Source: Octopus sinensis (taxonomy: Eukaryota). Taken from it: a DNA stretch of 64,000 nt. The notes under the pieces are model-generated. The model had not been told where the DNA came from. It was given only the letters and a program-made list of their open reading frames with translations, and did no database searches. Of the stretch, positions 24,212-38,504 are shown piece after piece. Positions within the stretch are counted from its first letter, which is position 1. The number at the start of each line of letters is the position of its first letter. The stretch spans positions 40,052,001 through 40,116,000 of the forward strand of contig NC_043007.1 in NCBI RefSeq assembly GCF_006345805.1, written 5' to 3'. A program made the position numbers and the translations under genes.

Positions 24212-24363
24212 GGGCAAGTGTCTTCTACTATAGCCTCAGGCCAACCAATGCCTTGTGAGTGGATTTGATAGACAGAAACTGAAAGAAGCCTGTCGTGTGT
24301 GTGTGTGTGTGTGTGGTGTGTTGTGTTGTGTGGTGTGTGTGTGTGTGGTATGTGTGTGTGGTG

Positions 24364-24394
<31 letters not shown>

Positions 24395-24600
24395 TTTGTC
24401 CCCCCACCAAGGCTTGACAACGGATGTTGGTGAGTTTAAATCCCTGTCACTTAGCAGTTCGGTAAAAGAGACTGATAGAATAAATACTAGGCTTGCAAAG
24501 AATAAGTCCTGGAGTCGGGTTCTTCAACTAAAAAAACCCCTTTAAGGCAGTGCTCCAGCATAGCCTCAGCCCAAAATGACTGAAACAAATAAGAGTAAAA
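24212..24600 (+). mobile_element. SINE family A, headless
   Basis: gggcaagtgtcttctactatagcc...gactgaaacaaataagagtaaaag. Confidence 0.8.
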
Positions 24601-25069
24601 GAAAGAAAATCAATCAGTGATGATGATGATGATGATTCTAAATTAAATAAATGAAAAGAGACAGAGATAAACAGAGAGAAAGGGGTGGAGGTAGAAAAAA
24701 TGAAAGTAAAAGAAAAACAGACATAATTCCTGTTTCTTCATTTGCCAAGGGGTGGGGTGGCAAGAGTTTTTAGGCACTCAGGTAAAATAAGGGCAATTTT
24801 GGCTTTCTCGCACTAGCCCTTCGTGGGCCAGCTGGGTTGGAATTATACAAAAGACCATTGGGTACCCTTTTATTTTTGTGCATTTCTGTACTATCCAAAC
24901 AGTAATATTTGTTTCACCTTGTATGTATTTGTGAGTGCATGATAGAGAACAAGAAATTTAGCACTTTTCTTTTTATAGTTTTATAAACTATACATATAGC
25001 ACTAAATATAAAATAAAATAAAAAGAATAAAAGAAAATAGTCCAGAACCAGAAAATAGTCAAGACCTAC

Positions 25070-25288
25070 CAAAAACTGAGCAAGTATAAAGATCTTGAAA
25101 TACAAATTGGCAAAATGTGGAACCTCAAGACTAAAACAATACTTGTTGACATAGGTGCCCTAGGAATGATAGCAAAAGGGACTGATTCCTACCTAGCTCA
25201 GATACCAGGAAACCCCAAAATGGCAGAAATTCAAAAGATAGTGCTCATGGGAGCTGCCTATATTCTACATAAAATATTGTCTATGTAA
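25070..25288 (+). pseudogene. Dong/R4-like RLE C-terminal fragment
   Basis: QKLSKYKDLEIQIGKMWNLKTKTILVDIGALGMIAKGTDSYLAQIPGNPKMAEIQKIVLMGAAYILHKILSM*. Confidence 0.75.
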
Positions 25289-25586
25289 TTTCAAATTTTA
25301 AAACAAACACACATACTAGCCAACTAACAATCCACGCATCTAACAATCTATTTCGCCGTACGTCTCTAAATGTTTACTTTCCTCATCGCTGGCGCACTTT
25401 GTTTCTCTCATTGTGTCTCTTTATCTCTCGCCGTCTCTCTTTTTCCTAATACACACACACATACACACATATATATATATTTGTATGAATGTATGTGTGC
25501 ATGTGCGTGTGTGCATGTATGAATATGTGTCTGTATGCATCTTTATAAAATTGCATGATGTTGTGTAGAAATGTACTTGCACATAC

Positions 25587-25622
25587 ATTTTCATGTTTTC
25601 TTAAACATTCTTTAGAACAACA
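25587..25622 (-). CDS. Candidate 36-nt exon CCSKECLRKHEN, unassigned
   Basis: tttggttttgtacatag| acceptor and |gtatgt donor; open only in phase 0; resembles a zinc-finger half-site (CSKECL..H). Confidence 0.2.
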
Positions 25623-25747
25623 CTATGTACAAAACCAAATATATGACACCCTAGGCATAACACCAACAGGAACTTCTAACTTGTTGTCTCTTGAAACTTG
25701 GAGCCAACTTGCACAAATACAAAGCAAAAGTCAAACATATAATAATG

Positions 25748-25794
<47 letters not shown>

Positions 25795-25795
<1 letters not shown>

Positions 25796-26270
25796 GCTTC
25801 AAATTTTGGCACAAATTCAGAAATTTTGGAGGAGGGAGTAAATCAAGAACATTGAACTTAGTGCTTTACTGGTATTATTTTATCCACCACCAAAAGGGTG
25901 AAAGGCAAAGTTGACCTCAGTGGAATTTGAACTCAGAGCGTAAAGACGAACGAAATACCATTAAGCATTCTGCCTGGTGTGCTAATGATTCTGCCAGCTT
26001 GTGGCCTTACTCTGTTCGATAATATTGTTCCTGATTCTAAGGTGGCGAGCTGGCAGAAACATTAGCATACTGGGCGACATGTTTAGCAGTAAGTATTTCA
26101 TTCTGTCTTTACATTCTGAGTTTAAATTCTGCCGAGGTTGACTTTGCCTTTCATCCTTTCAGGGTCAATAGATTAAGTACCAGTTGCGTACTGGGATCGA
26201 TCTAATCGACTGGCACCCTCCCCCAAAATTTCAGGCCTTGTACCTAGAGTAGAAAAGAATATTATTCCTG
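25795..26270. mobile_element. Two SINE family B copies in divergent orientation (- 25795-26010, + 26040-26270)
   Basis: aaggcaaagttgacctcagtggaatttgaactcag and ctgagtttaaattctgccgaggttgactttgcc. Confidence 0.75.
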
Positions 26271-26908
26271 GTTCTGGACTATTTGCAAAGGGGGGAAAAA
26301 AAAGAAACTGATGATTTGGTCATGGCTGGAATGTCAGTGCTGAAATTAACTTTGGGCTAAGCAACAGCAACAACAACAACAACAATGGCCACTTTCATGT
26401 TCCCCTATATTGGACTCACCATATTTTATGTAAATAACTGTGCAATGTGTCATGTATGAATTATTAACAAACTTGTAGCACGGGCAAGGAGCCAGAAAAA
26501 TATTGAGATATTATTGGTGAACATGGCGTTGACTATCGAATCGATCTCAGTACTCGACTGGTACTTATTTCATTCACACCCTCCAACTGAACCCCCACTG
26601 CCACTTCGTCCCCCGCACCATAACTGTCCTTGAGGGAAAATTGAAAACAAAAGAAAAAACCAAATATGCAAAAAAAAAATCAATACCTGTGGGATTTGAA
26701 CTCACAAATATAGAAGAGAGAAAATAAATTATAAATAAGGCAAGGCAATTTGGTGCGACAATCTATTATGGTCCCTACCCTTACATACACACACACACAC
26801 AACGGTGTCTCAATGAGTTGTATATGGTAAATAATGCATATGCTTTATTTAAAATATGTAATTACTGTATATATACATGTATATATGTATACATATACAT
26901 TTATATAT

Positions 26909-26967
<59 letters not shown>

Positions 26968-27076
26968 ACATATATATATATATATATTTATTATATAGAA
27001 GGAGCTTCTACAGGACTAGAAGCTGAATGAAATAGTACCTTATTTACTGTGGTTAACCCCGAATCAACCCGGGACC

Positions 27077-27139
<63 letters not shown>

Positions 27140-27215
27140 GTATACATATATATTATATATATATATATGTATACATATACATTTATATATATATATATAT
27201 GTATACATATACATT

Positions 27216-27246
<31 letters not shown>

Positions 27247-27301
27247 ATATGTATACATATACATTTATATATATATTATATATATATATGTATACATATA
27301 C

Positions 27302-27346
<45 letters not shown>

Positions 27347-27892
27347 ATATGCATATATATACACTTATATACACATACATATATATACACATCATTATCA
27401 TCATCCTCATTGACATATATATATATGTGTATACATATCTACATATACATACACATACACACACACACACACATGTATGTATATATAGATAGATAGATAG
27501 ATAGATAGATAGTTATGTATATACATATATGCATATTTACACACATACGGGCACACAATATGCACACATACACACATGCACGATCATATACATATAGTTC
27601 GTATGGGTGGTAGGTATATGTTTAAGTAAATATTTCTCAAACACATTAGTAATGTACTTCTGTTTAAAGCTTACAGAGAATGCTCAGCATATCTAATCTA
27701 AGACAAAAGTAATTACATGTGTATGTGTGTGTATACTTGTGTGTATATGAGCATGTCTGTGTGTGTGTGTGTGTGTGTGTGCATACTTTCACACACACAT
27801 ACTTATATATATATGTATATTGCGCATGTAATATATAAGTACAGTGTAATTTCTAAGTTTTTATTCAGCATTCAATCACATCTAGATGTACT

Positions 27893-28313
27893 ATTACTCT
27901 CTTTACTCTTTTACTTGTTTCAGTCATTTGACTGTGGCCATGCTGGAGCACCGCCTTTTTTAGTCGAGCAAATCGACCCCAGGACTTATTCTTTGTAAGC
28001 CCAGTACTTATTCTATCGGTCTCTTTTGCCGAACCACAAAGTGACGGGGACGTAAACACACCAGCATCGGTTGTCAAGCAATGCTAGGGGGACAAACACA
28101 GACACACAAACACATACACACATATATATATATATATATACATATATACGACAGGCTTCTTTCAGTTTCTGTCTACCAAATCCACTCACAAGGCATTGGT
28201 CGGCCCGGGGCTATAGCAGAAGACACTTGCCCAAGATGCCACGCAGTGTGACTGAACCCGGAACAATGTGATTGGTTAGCAAGCTACTTACCACACAGCT
28301 ACTCCTGCGCCTA
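27893..28313 (-). mobile_element. SINE family A, full length
   Basis: Reverse complement of the family A consensus. Confidence 0.85.
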
Positions 28314-28485
28314 TTAACTAATCATATTTTGATCTGTTTACAAATATGTTGGCCACTTCATTCATTTGAGCAACCAGAAACATAAACCACTAAGATATGA
28401 TACAAGAAACTTTAGCTTCTAATAAAAAATGCTCCTTACCTACCTGCCTACCTACCTACCAACCTACCTGCTTGCCTATCTATCA

Positions 28486-28521
<36 letters not shown>

Positions 28522-29181
28522 GTCTATCTATCTCTCTATCTATCTATCTATCTATTTATCTATCTATCTATTTATCTATCTATCTATTTATCTATCTATC
28601 TATCTGTCTGTCTGTCAATCTGTCTATCTGTCTGTCTATCTGTCTACATATTTATGTATGTGTGCATACATCATCATCATTTAACGTCTGTTATTCATGC
28701 TGTCGTGGGTTGGATGGTGTAACCAGAGCTGGCAAGCTATGTGAGGTGGGGGCTGTACCAGACTCCAGTCTGATTTGGCATGGTTTCTACATCTGGATGC
28801 CCTTCCTAATGCCAGCCAGTTAGAATATCCTTTAGGTTGAGTAGCCCATCCTGCTCAAAAGGTCCCTGAATAAGGGTTATTTAAGGATGTTGAATGAAAC
28901 AGCCATACCCCAGTGGTGAACTATTCAAGCTCCAAAGAATTCCTCTCAACACAGGGATATAATGATCCCCCACCATTCATGCTCATGATTAGTGATGCAT
29001 ATATTATCAACCACTGAGGGACACGCTCAACTTGTTATGGTCAAACAACTAACAAGCAAATCTGTGGTATTGAGCAGAGTATTTGCTGTAGCCCATCTTT
29101 TATACCAAGACAAAACAATGTACATGATAACACTTCCAATCTGTTAATATCAGAAACCATGAGAGACAGTGCCTGGTACTG

Positions 29182-29213
<32 letters not shown>

Positions 29214-29514
29214 ACATCATCATCACCAGCACCAGCACCACCATCATCACAACCACCACCACCACCACCACCACCATTTTCATTAGCATCTTCTTTCAAT
29301 TCTGTTTTCATTTCTTGCCAAGTGTCTTCCTGACACCTAGGGCAGAGAAACTTACTAAATACATTGGTTGGCCATCAAAACAAACACACCAAATTGTTCA
29401 TTTACAGAGTCATGTGATAGAGAAAAAGGGGGGAAGACAGTGAGAGAGAAAGGAAAAAATAAAAAATAGAAAAGCAAGCAAATAAAAAAAAAGGGGGTAA
29501 AAGGAAAGAAAGTT

Positions 29515-29712
29515 CACAGCAACAATGCTCTTCTCATTATATGTGATATACCAGTTAATACCATCTTTTACACTTCCTGCATGGATGGTAATCCAGGGAT
29601 CACTTTTAGATAATTTTTAGTTTCGCTTTTGATCATTCCAAGTGCTCTCACAATCACTGCTACTGTAACTGTCTTGAGATGCCCAATCTTTTCAATTTCG
29701 ATTATCGTTCTC
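29515..29712 (-). pseudogene. Dong/R4-like RLE C-terminal fragment
   Basis: Minus strand IEIEKIGHLKTVTVAVIVRALGMIK...IPGLPSMQEV*KMVLTGISHIMRRALLL*. Confidence 0.7.
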
Positions 29713-29799
29713 ATTATTATTATTATTATTACCTTCTAATAAAAAATACTCCTAACCTACCTGCCTACCTACCTACCAACCTACCTGCCTGCCTGCTTG

Positions 29800-30030
29800 C
29801 CAGCGGCGAGCTGGCAAAAACGTTAGCACGCCGGGCGGCCTGCGTAGCCGTATTTCATCTGTCGTTACGTTCCGAGTTCAAATTCCGCCGAGGTTGACTT
29901 TGCCTTTCATCCTTTCGGGGTCGATAAATTAAGTACCAGTTACGCACTGGGGTCGATGTAATCGACTTAATCCCTTTGTCTGTCCTTGTTTGTCCCCTCT
30001 ATGTTTAGCCCCATGTGGGTAGTAAAGAAA
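29800..30030 (+). mobile_element. SINE family B
   Basis: ggcgagctggcaaaaacgttagcacgccgggc...gggtagtaaagaaat. Confidence 0.85.
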
Positions 30031-30039
30031 TATATTATT

Positions 30040-30390
30040 ATTACCTCTACCTTAGCAAAGGCGGAGGTATTGTTTTCAGTTGTGTTTGTATTTTTGTTTG
30101 TTCATGGACAAGATATCTCAAGAACTGCTGGATGGATTTGGATGAAACTTTTAGGGATGTTTGACCTCGTGACTGACATGAACTGATTAGATTTTGGGAT
30201 CAATCTGATACTAGACTATTTTTCTGTTTTTTTACTTAATTTTTGAGAGCAGTCATGTTCTTTTTTAGCATTCTGATTTGTGAGAGCAATCAAGTTTATT
30301 TCAGATACTCTCGTCTTAAAAATCATCTTTGGCTAATCGTTGAGAGGATATTGATGTTGACTTGGCAGAGGTTTGGGCTCTCTGAGTGCT
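30040..30390 (+). mobile_element. HINE/Helentron-like element, second copy
   Basis: attacctctaccttagcaaaggcggaggt...ttggcagaggtttgggctctctgagtgctc; reverse complement of 5901-6487. Confidence 0.6.
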
Positions 30391-30397
30391 CTTTTTA

Positions 30398-30603
30398 TAC
30401 TCTTTACTCTTACTTGTTTCAGTCATTTGACTGTGGCCATGCTGGAGCACTGCCTTTAGTTGAGAAAATCGACCCCAGGACTTATTCTTTGTAAGCCTAG
30501 TACTTATTCTATCGGTTTCTTTTGCTGAACCACTAAGTTACAGGGACGTAAACACACCAGCATCGGTTGGGGGGGACAAACACAGACACACAGACGTATA
30601 CAC

Positions 30604-30656
<53 letters not shown>

Positions 30657-30828
30657 TACATATGACGGGCTTCTTTCAGTTTCCGTCTACCAAATCCACT
30701 CACAAGGCTTTGGTCAGTCCGAGGTTATAGTAGAAGACACTCGCCCAAGGTGCCACACAGTGGGACTGAACCCGGAACCATGTGGTTCATAAGCAAGCTA
30801 CTTACCACACAGCCACTCCTACGCCCAT
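30398..30828 (-). mobile_element. SINE family A
   Basis: Reverse complement of the family A consensus. Confidence 0.85.
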
Positions 30829-30851
30829 AATTATTATTATCATCATTATTA

Positions 30852-30900
<49 letters not shown>

Positions 30901-31117
30901 CTAAAAAATATTATTGATACCAGCTGTATTTACACATTATCCACTGGGCACCACCCAGATACCTGAGATAGATAACAGATATGATGTACTAAATAAATAT
31001 GTTGATTGTATGATGTTAAGAAGAGCTAGAACTGTATTTTAAAAAAAATGTACATGTGAGTGCTCAATAAAAAAAACCTCCATACAATAGAATTTACAGT
31101 GTTAGTGCTCTTCATAA

Positions 31118-31500
31118 ACCATGTGCACTGCCCATTTGGCTATTTTTGTATGTGTCTTTTTGGGCTATTTTTTGTATATATCTTTTTGGGCTATTTTGGG
31201 GGCTATATTTTGTATGTATCTTTTTTGGCTATTTTTTGTGTATCTTTTTGGGCTATTTTTTGTTGTATCTTTATGGGCTATTTTGGGGGCTATTTTTTGT
31301 AGGTATCATTTTGGGCTATTTTGGGGGCTATTTTTTGTAGGTATCATTTTGGGCTATTTTTTGTATGTATCTATTTTGGCTATTTTTTGTGTATCTTTTT
31401 GGGCTATTTTTTGAATGTATCTTTATGGGCTATTTTGGGGGCTGTTTTTTGTATGTATCATTTTGGGCTATTTTGGGGGCTATTTTTTGTATGTATCTTT
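31118..31500. repeat. T-rich minisatellite (tttttgtatgtatctttttgggctattttgggggcta-like)
   Basis: Repeated gggctatttt units. Confidence 0.8.
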
Positions 31501-31819
31501 AGCAAAGATATCCTGATATCATGTCTATGAATTCCCTTTAGCAGTCTTTATTGCCCCCAAGTGTCCCTATCATAGTGTGTTTTCACCTTCTAGAGAACAG
31601 GTCTCATAGTGGTTTTCATATTCTGAAGACAGGAATCAGAGTAGGTTTCACCTTCCAGATAACAAGCTCGGCAGTGGTTTTCATTTTCCAATAACAGATA
31701 CCATTGTGGTTAAGAGGCCTGTTTAATAGTATTAGGGCTGGTTAATTAAGGTATGACAGATAGGCTTGTGATTTCGGACACTATGAAGTGGGTCGGTGTC
31801 TTCAGCTGACACTTTGGGA

Positions 31820-32420
31820 ACATGAATCATCATTGTTGTCATCATCATCATCATCATCATCATCAACATCATCATCACCATCATCACTGTCGTCATTGCT
31901 ATCATTGTTGTTGTTGCTGTCGTCATCGTCATCATCATCATCATATTTGTCGTCATTGTCATCATCATCATTGTTGTCATCATCATCATCATCATCATCA
32001 TCAACATCATCATCACCATCATCACTGTCGTCATTGCTATCATTGTTGTTGTTGCTGTCGTCATCGTCATCATCATCATCATATTTGTCGTCATTGTCAT
32101 CATCATCGTTGTTGTTGTCATCATCATCATCATTATCATCATCATCATCATCACCATCATCACTGTCGTCATTGCTATCATTGTTGTTGTTGCTGTCGTC
32201 ATCGTCATCATCATCATCATATTTGTCGTCATGTCATCATCATCTTGTTGTCATCATCATCATCATCATCATCATCAACATCATCATCACCATCATCACT
32301 GTCGTCATTGCTATCATTGTTGTTGTTGCTGTCGTCATCGTCATCATCATCATCATATTTGTCGTCATTGTCATCATCATCGTTGTTGTCGTCATCATCA
32401 TCATCATCGTCATTATCAAC
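31820..32420. repeat. (CAT)n tract with a ~125-bp higher-order repeat, about 4 copies
   Basis: caccatcatcactgtcgtcattgctatcattgttgttgttgctgtcgtcatcgtcatcatcatcatcatatttgtcgtca recurs four times. Confidence 0.85.
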
Positions 32421-33300
32421 ATATAACAGCTGTTTTCCATACTGGCATGGGTTGGACTGTTTGATAGGAACTGGCATAGTCTGCTTTTGGCTTGGATTCT
32501 ACAGCTTGATACCCTTCCTAATGCCACCCATTTTACGAAGTATACTGGATGCTTTTTACATGGTGCCAGCACCAGTGCTTTTCATGTGGACCCAGCACCT
32601 GTGCTTTTCACATGGCACCATCACCTGTGCTTTTCATGTGGCACCAGCACCAGTGCTTTCATATGGCACCAACACGAATGCTTTTCATGTGGCACTAGCA
32701 CCAGTGCTTTTCGCATGGCACCAACATCAATGCTTTTCATGTGGAACCAGCACCGGTGCTTTTCACATGGCACCAACATCAATGCTTTTCATGTGGCACT
32801 AGCATCAGTGCTTTTCGCATGGCACCAACACCAATGCTTTCATGTAGCACTAGCACCAGTGCTTTCACATGGCACCAACATCAATGCTTTTCATGTGGAA
32901 CCAGCACCGGTGCTTTTCACATGGCACCAACATCAATGCTTTTCATGTGGCACTAGCACCAGTGCTTTCACATGGCACCAACATCAATGCTTTTCATGTG
33001 GAACCAGCACCGGTGCTTTTCGCATGGCACCAACACCAATGCTTTTCATGTGGAACCAGCACCGGTGCTTTTCACATGGCACTAACATCAATGCTTTTCA
33101 TGTGGCACTAGCACCAGTGCTCTACACATGGCATAAGCACCAGTGCTTTTTATGTGGCATCAGTGCCTTTTATGTGACTCTATTTCCAGTGCTTTTTAGG
33201 TGGCACTATCACCAGTGCTTTTTATGTAGCACCGCTATTAGTGCATTTTATGTGGCACCAGCACCCATGCCAATGCTTTTTACAGGACACCTTGATTTTA
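32420..33300 (-). mobile_element. RTE-type 3' UTR with an expanded ~26-bp minisatellite (gcttttcatgtggcaccagcaccagt)
   Basis: ttccatactggcatgggttggac..cccttcctaatgcca followed by more than 20 units of gtggcac/gcttttc repeats. Confidence 0.7.
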
Positions 33301-33730
33301 GGATACCCGTTATGTTGTAGTGGACAGGTCCTTTTGAGTACAGCAATGCCCCAGTGGCTACAACTTTGAAACAATTTACCCTGGGGGGGGGGGTCAATCA
33401 AAGCAAAAATCTTAAGGAGTAAACTTAATAGATATCATGCAAATGTGGGTAAAGTTCCAGAATTGGGTAGGAAGGTGTGGTATATTGTTACTGTTGCATT
33501 TTGGCGAGTTGTGGCTATCTTACTTTAATTAGTTGTTGATATTGCACATAAGTAATTGCTTCTGTGGTTATTGCTATCACTCGGTGAGTGGTTGTTGCTA
33601 GTGTGGCTATTGTTGTTTATAATAACTGAATGTGTAATTAATGGGTGAACTCACATTTCTGGACAGTAATTACCAAACCCATCCTACACACACACAAACA
33701 CCAGCACACACAGAGTCACACATACATACA

Positions 33731-33768
<38 letters not shown>

Positions 33769-34156
33769 CATATATGTATATATACTCACACTCATACAAG
33801 CATGTACAAGTAGTCGAGTGAGTTGTTATTGTTAGCAAGTGGCTGAATGGTTGACAGAGAACGAAAGCTAACTGAACCAATTATTTTGCCTGTGGACTCG
33901 ATTAAAGCTTAATCCGATTTAGGTGGATAAAGCCTCTAAATTAGGAGCAATGATCGATAGCAGCTCACTTGAAGACATATCTATGAGGTTGTGTGTGCGT
34001 CCGCGCACGCATGTGTGTATGTGTGTGTATGTGTGTGTGTGTGTGTGTGGCACAGTATATGCCTGAGTGTGTTTGTATGTGTGTGCTTAATACATGCATA
34101 CACACACACACACACACATATACATATATATGTTTATATATATATATATGTATGTG

Positions 34157-34205
<49 letters not shown>

Positions 34206-34224
34206 ATGCATATATATATATAAT

Positions 34225-34918
<694 letters not shown>

Positions 34919-35352
34919 ATGGACTCCCCGTTGATGACATCATATGAGTATTCAGCTTTGTGCTGAATGACCTGCACAAATGATTTGTTTATAGTGATCA
35001 AACGTTCATGCCACAAATTAGCTCATTCTCTGCATCAAATCGATGTTGTCTGAACAGGTGCACTGTGTGCCATGCGTCAGGTGTCAAAGTGGTCGCAGAG
35101 CAACCTGAGATACAGTGTTTTGCTCAAGAATACACTGCACCACCCGGTCTAGAATCAAAATCACGATCACTAGATTGTGAGTATGTAACACCCTAACCAC
35201 TAAGCCATACATTAGGAAGGGGACATTCAGATGTAGAAACCATGCCTCAAAAGATAGCTTGAGTTTGGACAGCTCCCTGCTAGCCAGCTCTTTGTCAAAC
35301 CATTCAACCCATGCCAGCAAGTATATGTATATATAAGAGAGATGACCTCTAA

Positions 35353-35533
35353 GTGGACAACCCTTATGCTAGAAGTAGATCTGCTATGGTCTTACCACTA
35401 AGAAAGGAATGTTCTCAAGATAATTTAGCAAATTCAATGCTTACATTCTGGCATTTGCTAAATTTTCTTGAGAACATTCCTTCCTTAGTGGTAAGACCAT
35501 AGCGGATCTACTTCTAGCATAAGGGTTGTCCAC
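35353..35533. other. Near-perfect ~80-bp-arm inverted repeat (hairpin)
   Basis: gtggacaacccttatgctagaagtagatctgctatggtcttaccactaag...tttagcaaat / atttgctaaa...cttagtggtaagaccatagcggatctacttctagcataagggttgtccac. Confidence 0.9.
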
Positions 35534-35662
35534 ATTGTGGTCATCAATTTTCTGAACCTTCAGATTTTAATATGCTAGACCACTGGTTTTAAATTGATAT
35601 TAATTAAATTAATATTCAATTTTTTACCCTTATTATTTTAAATTTTTATATATATATATATA

Positions 35663-36068
35663 TAGGCGCAGGAGTGGCTGTGTGGTAAGTAGCTTGCTAA
35701 ACAACCACATGGTTCCGGGTTCAGTCCCACTGCGTCGCATCTTGGGCAAGTGTCTTCTGCTATAGCCCCGGGCCGACCAATGCCTTGTGAGTGGATTTGG
35801 TAGACGGAAACTGAAAGAAGCCTGTCATATACATGTATATATATATGTATGTGTGTGTGTTTGTGTGTCTGTGTTTGTCCCCCTAGCATTGCTTGACAAC
35901 CGATGCTGGTGTGTTTACGTCCCCGTCACTTAGCGGTTCGGCAAAAGAGACTGATAGAATAAGTACTGGGCTTACAAAGAATAAGTCCCGGGGTCGATTT
36001 GCTTGACTAAAGGCGGTGCTCCAGCAATGGCCGCAGTCAAATGACTGAAACAAGTAAAAGAGTAAAAG
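35663..36068 (+). mobile_element. SINE family A, full length, low divergence
   Basis: aggcgcaggagtggctgtgtggtaag...gactgaaacaagtaaaagagtaaaagag. Confidence 0.9.
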
Positions 36069-36095
36069 AGTATATATATATATATATTAATATAT

Positions 36096-36129
<34 letters not shown>

Positions 36130-37453
36130 CATGTGTGTGTGTATTATTTACACACACATTCATATTCAAGTAGAATAAGAATAATATGGAGAGTGACACA
36201 GGTAAGTTGTTGCTATTTTTTTGTGCATGTGTATGCAATTTAGTGGAGAGATGGCATCACCATGACAGTTTTCTAATCGTCTGAGACTTGAGTGGTGGAT
36301 GCAGAGAATTGTCTGCAGAACAGAGATCAAATTGGAATGCTTACAATAGAATGGATTCTACTGAAATTACCCATGTGTTCCATTAGCAGTGTTAAACCAA
36401 GTGATGGAGTAAGTCTGGTGTGTGTATGTGTGTTTGTGTGAGTCTGTATGTGTGTGTGTATGTATATGTGGGTGTTTATATGTGTGTGTGTGCATGTGTG
36501 TGTATACATGTGTGTATATGCATGTTTGAGTGTAAATGTGTATGTGTGTGTGTGTGTGCATATCTGTGTATGCACTCGTGTATATGCGTGTTTTAGTGTC
36601 CATGTGTATGTGTGTGTATACATTTGTATGTGTGTGTATACATCTGTATGTGTGTGTGTGCATGTGTTTGTGTGTATGTGTATGTGGGTGTTTGTATGTG
36701 TGTGCCATGTATGTGTATGCACATATGTGTATACATGGACAAGTGTGCATGTGTATATGTGCATATGCCTATGTATGTGTGCGTGTATGTGTGAGTGCCT
36801 GTGTATGTGTGTGTATATACATTTGTGTGTATGTATGTGTTTATGAAAGAAAGAAAGAACGAAAGAAAGAAAGAAGGGCAGGAAAAGTGTTAACGAGTAA
36901 AATATGTACAAATGTGAGAATATGTAAGGAGAGAGAACAGACAGTGACAATTAAGGTGAATTCGAAAGGTGAGTAAGGTGAGAAAAACAACAATGAGAAA
37001 GAAGAATTGAGTGAGAAAGAGAGAGAGAATGAAACTGGCGACTTAGTATTAATAAAAAGTGAAACAGATAAGCTGTTACACGGAAACTGTGTAAATGTGT
37101 CGTTAATGAGTATTTTGGTAGCTTTCTTTGCCACCTGCGTGCACACACACGTGTGTGTGTGTGTATGCATGCATGCATGTATGTATGTATGTATGTATAT
37201 ATAAATATATGGCAAATGAAAAATGTTTTATTATTCATATATAAATATATATATACACACATACATACATACATACATACGTGTGTGTGAATATATATAT
37301 GTGTGTATGTATATATGTATGTATGTTTTGTATGTATGTATCTGTGTATGTATATATATATATATATTTAATGTTGGATAAAATTTTTTCGAAAAAAAAA
37401 TTTATCAATGGCCAGCATATTAAAAAATACCTTTAAAGGTTAAATTTATAAAC

Positions 37454-37740
37454 AACTTATAAATAAGGGCAAACGAAAAAAATTTCTAATGCCAATTCTT
37501 CCATGGGTATGAGTAAGTATCTCATTTATTTCTTTGCCACATTTATCACTAACGAAGGGAGGGTTCTTACCAACAAACCCTGCAATTGGTCCGATATGGT
37601 AATAATGGAATTTTTTAGAGATTTCTGTCAACCTTTTTTTGAGTAGTGTGCGTATTGTGAAAAATTATATCGTTATAGACAGGGTTTCTAATTTCGGCAT
37701 ATTTGGCATTAGAAATGTTTTCGTTTGCCCTTATTTATAA

Positions 37741-37743
<3 letters not shown>
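37454..37743. mobile_element. MITE with ~42-bp terminal inverted repeats
   Basis: aacttataaataagggcaaacgaaaaaaatttctaatgccaa / ttggcattagaaatgttttcgtttgcccttatttataagtt. Confidence 0.75.
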
Positions 37744-37771
<28 letters not shown>

Positions 37772-38253
37772 GCTTATATAAATATGTAGCAAATGAAAGA
37801 TGTATTATTATCCATATATAAATATATATACACATACATATATACATACATAAATACATACATATGTGTATGTATGTATTTATGTATGTATATATACATA
37901 CATACATAAATATATAGCAAATGAAAGATGTTTTATTATTCATATATAAATATATATACACATACGTGCCTACATACATATATACATGCATACATACATA
38001 TGTGTATGTGTATATGTGTGTATGTATATATGTATGTATATATGTGTGTATATATATATGTATATATTATATACATATATATATATATATATATACATTT
38101 ATAAATATGAAAGATGTTTTATTATCTATATATAAATATACACATACATATGTATGTACGTCATATAAACATACATACATACATACATACATACATACAT
38201 GCATACATACATACATACATACATACATACATTCATTCATTCATTCATGCATA

Positions 38254-38500
38254 CAGGGTTGGCCAAAAGTCACCTGACAGTAAATCAAAACCATTTAATT
38301 CCATGATTGATTTATGTTTAACATCCGAATGAATTTAATAAAAGCATCTAAATATGAAACACCATAAAAACTGTTCAAACTGAAGCAACACATTTTTGGA
38401 TTCTAATGAACGACACATTTTTCCATTCCAGTTGATACAGAATTAGAGATGGTATTTATGGAATTTTGATTTACTGTCGGGTGACTTTTGGCCAACTCTG
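38254..38500. mobile_element. Tc1/mariner MITE with TA TSD
   Basis: TA|cagggttggccaaaagtcacctgacagtaaatc...gatttactgtcgggtgacttttggccaactctg|TA. Confidence 0.85.
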
Positions 38501-38504
38501 TATA

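Noticed and set aside
31822-32802. 326-aa His/Cys-rich ORF and overlapping Met/Ser-rich ORFs
   Set aside because: Translation of the (CAT)n higher-order repeat plus an RTE-UTR minisatellite; open in several frames and both strands
32540-33290. Regular short repeats resembling a CRISPR array
   Set aside because: Eukaryotic context, no unique spacers, units derive from the RTE 3' UTR
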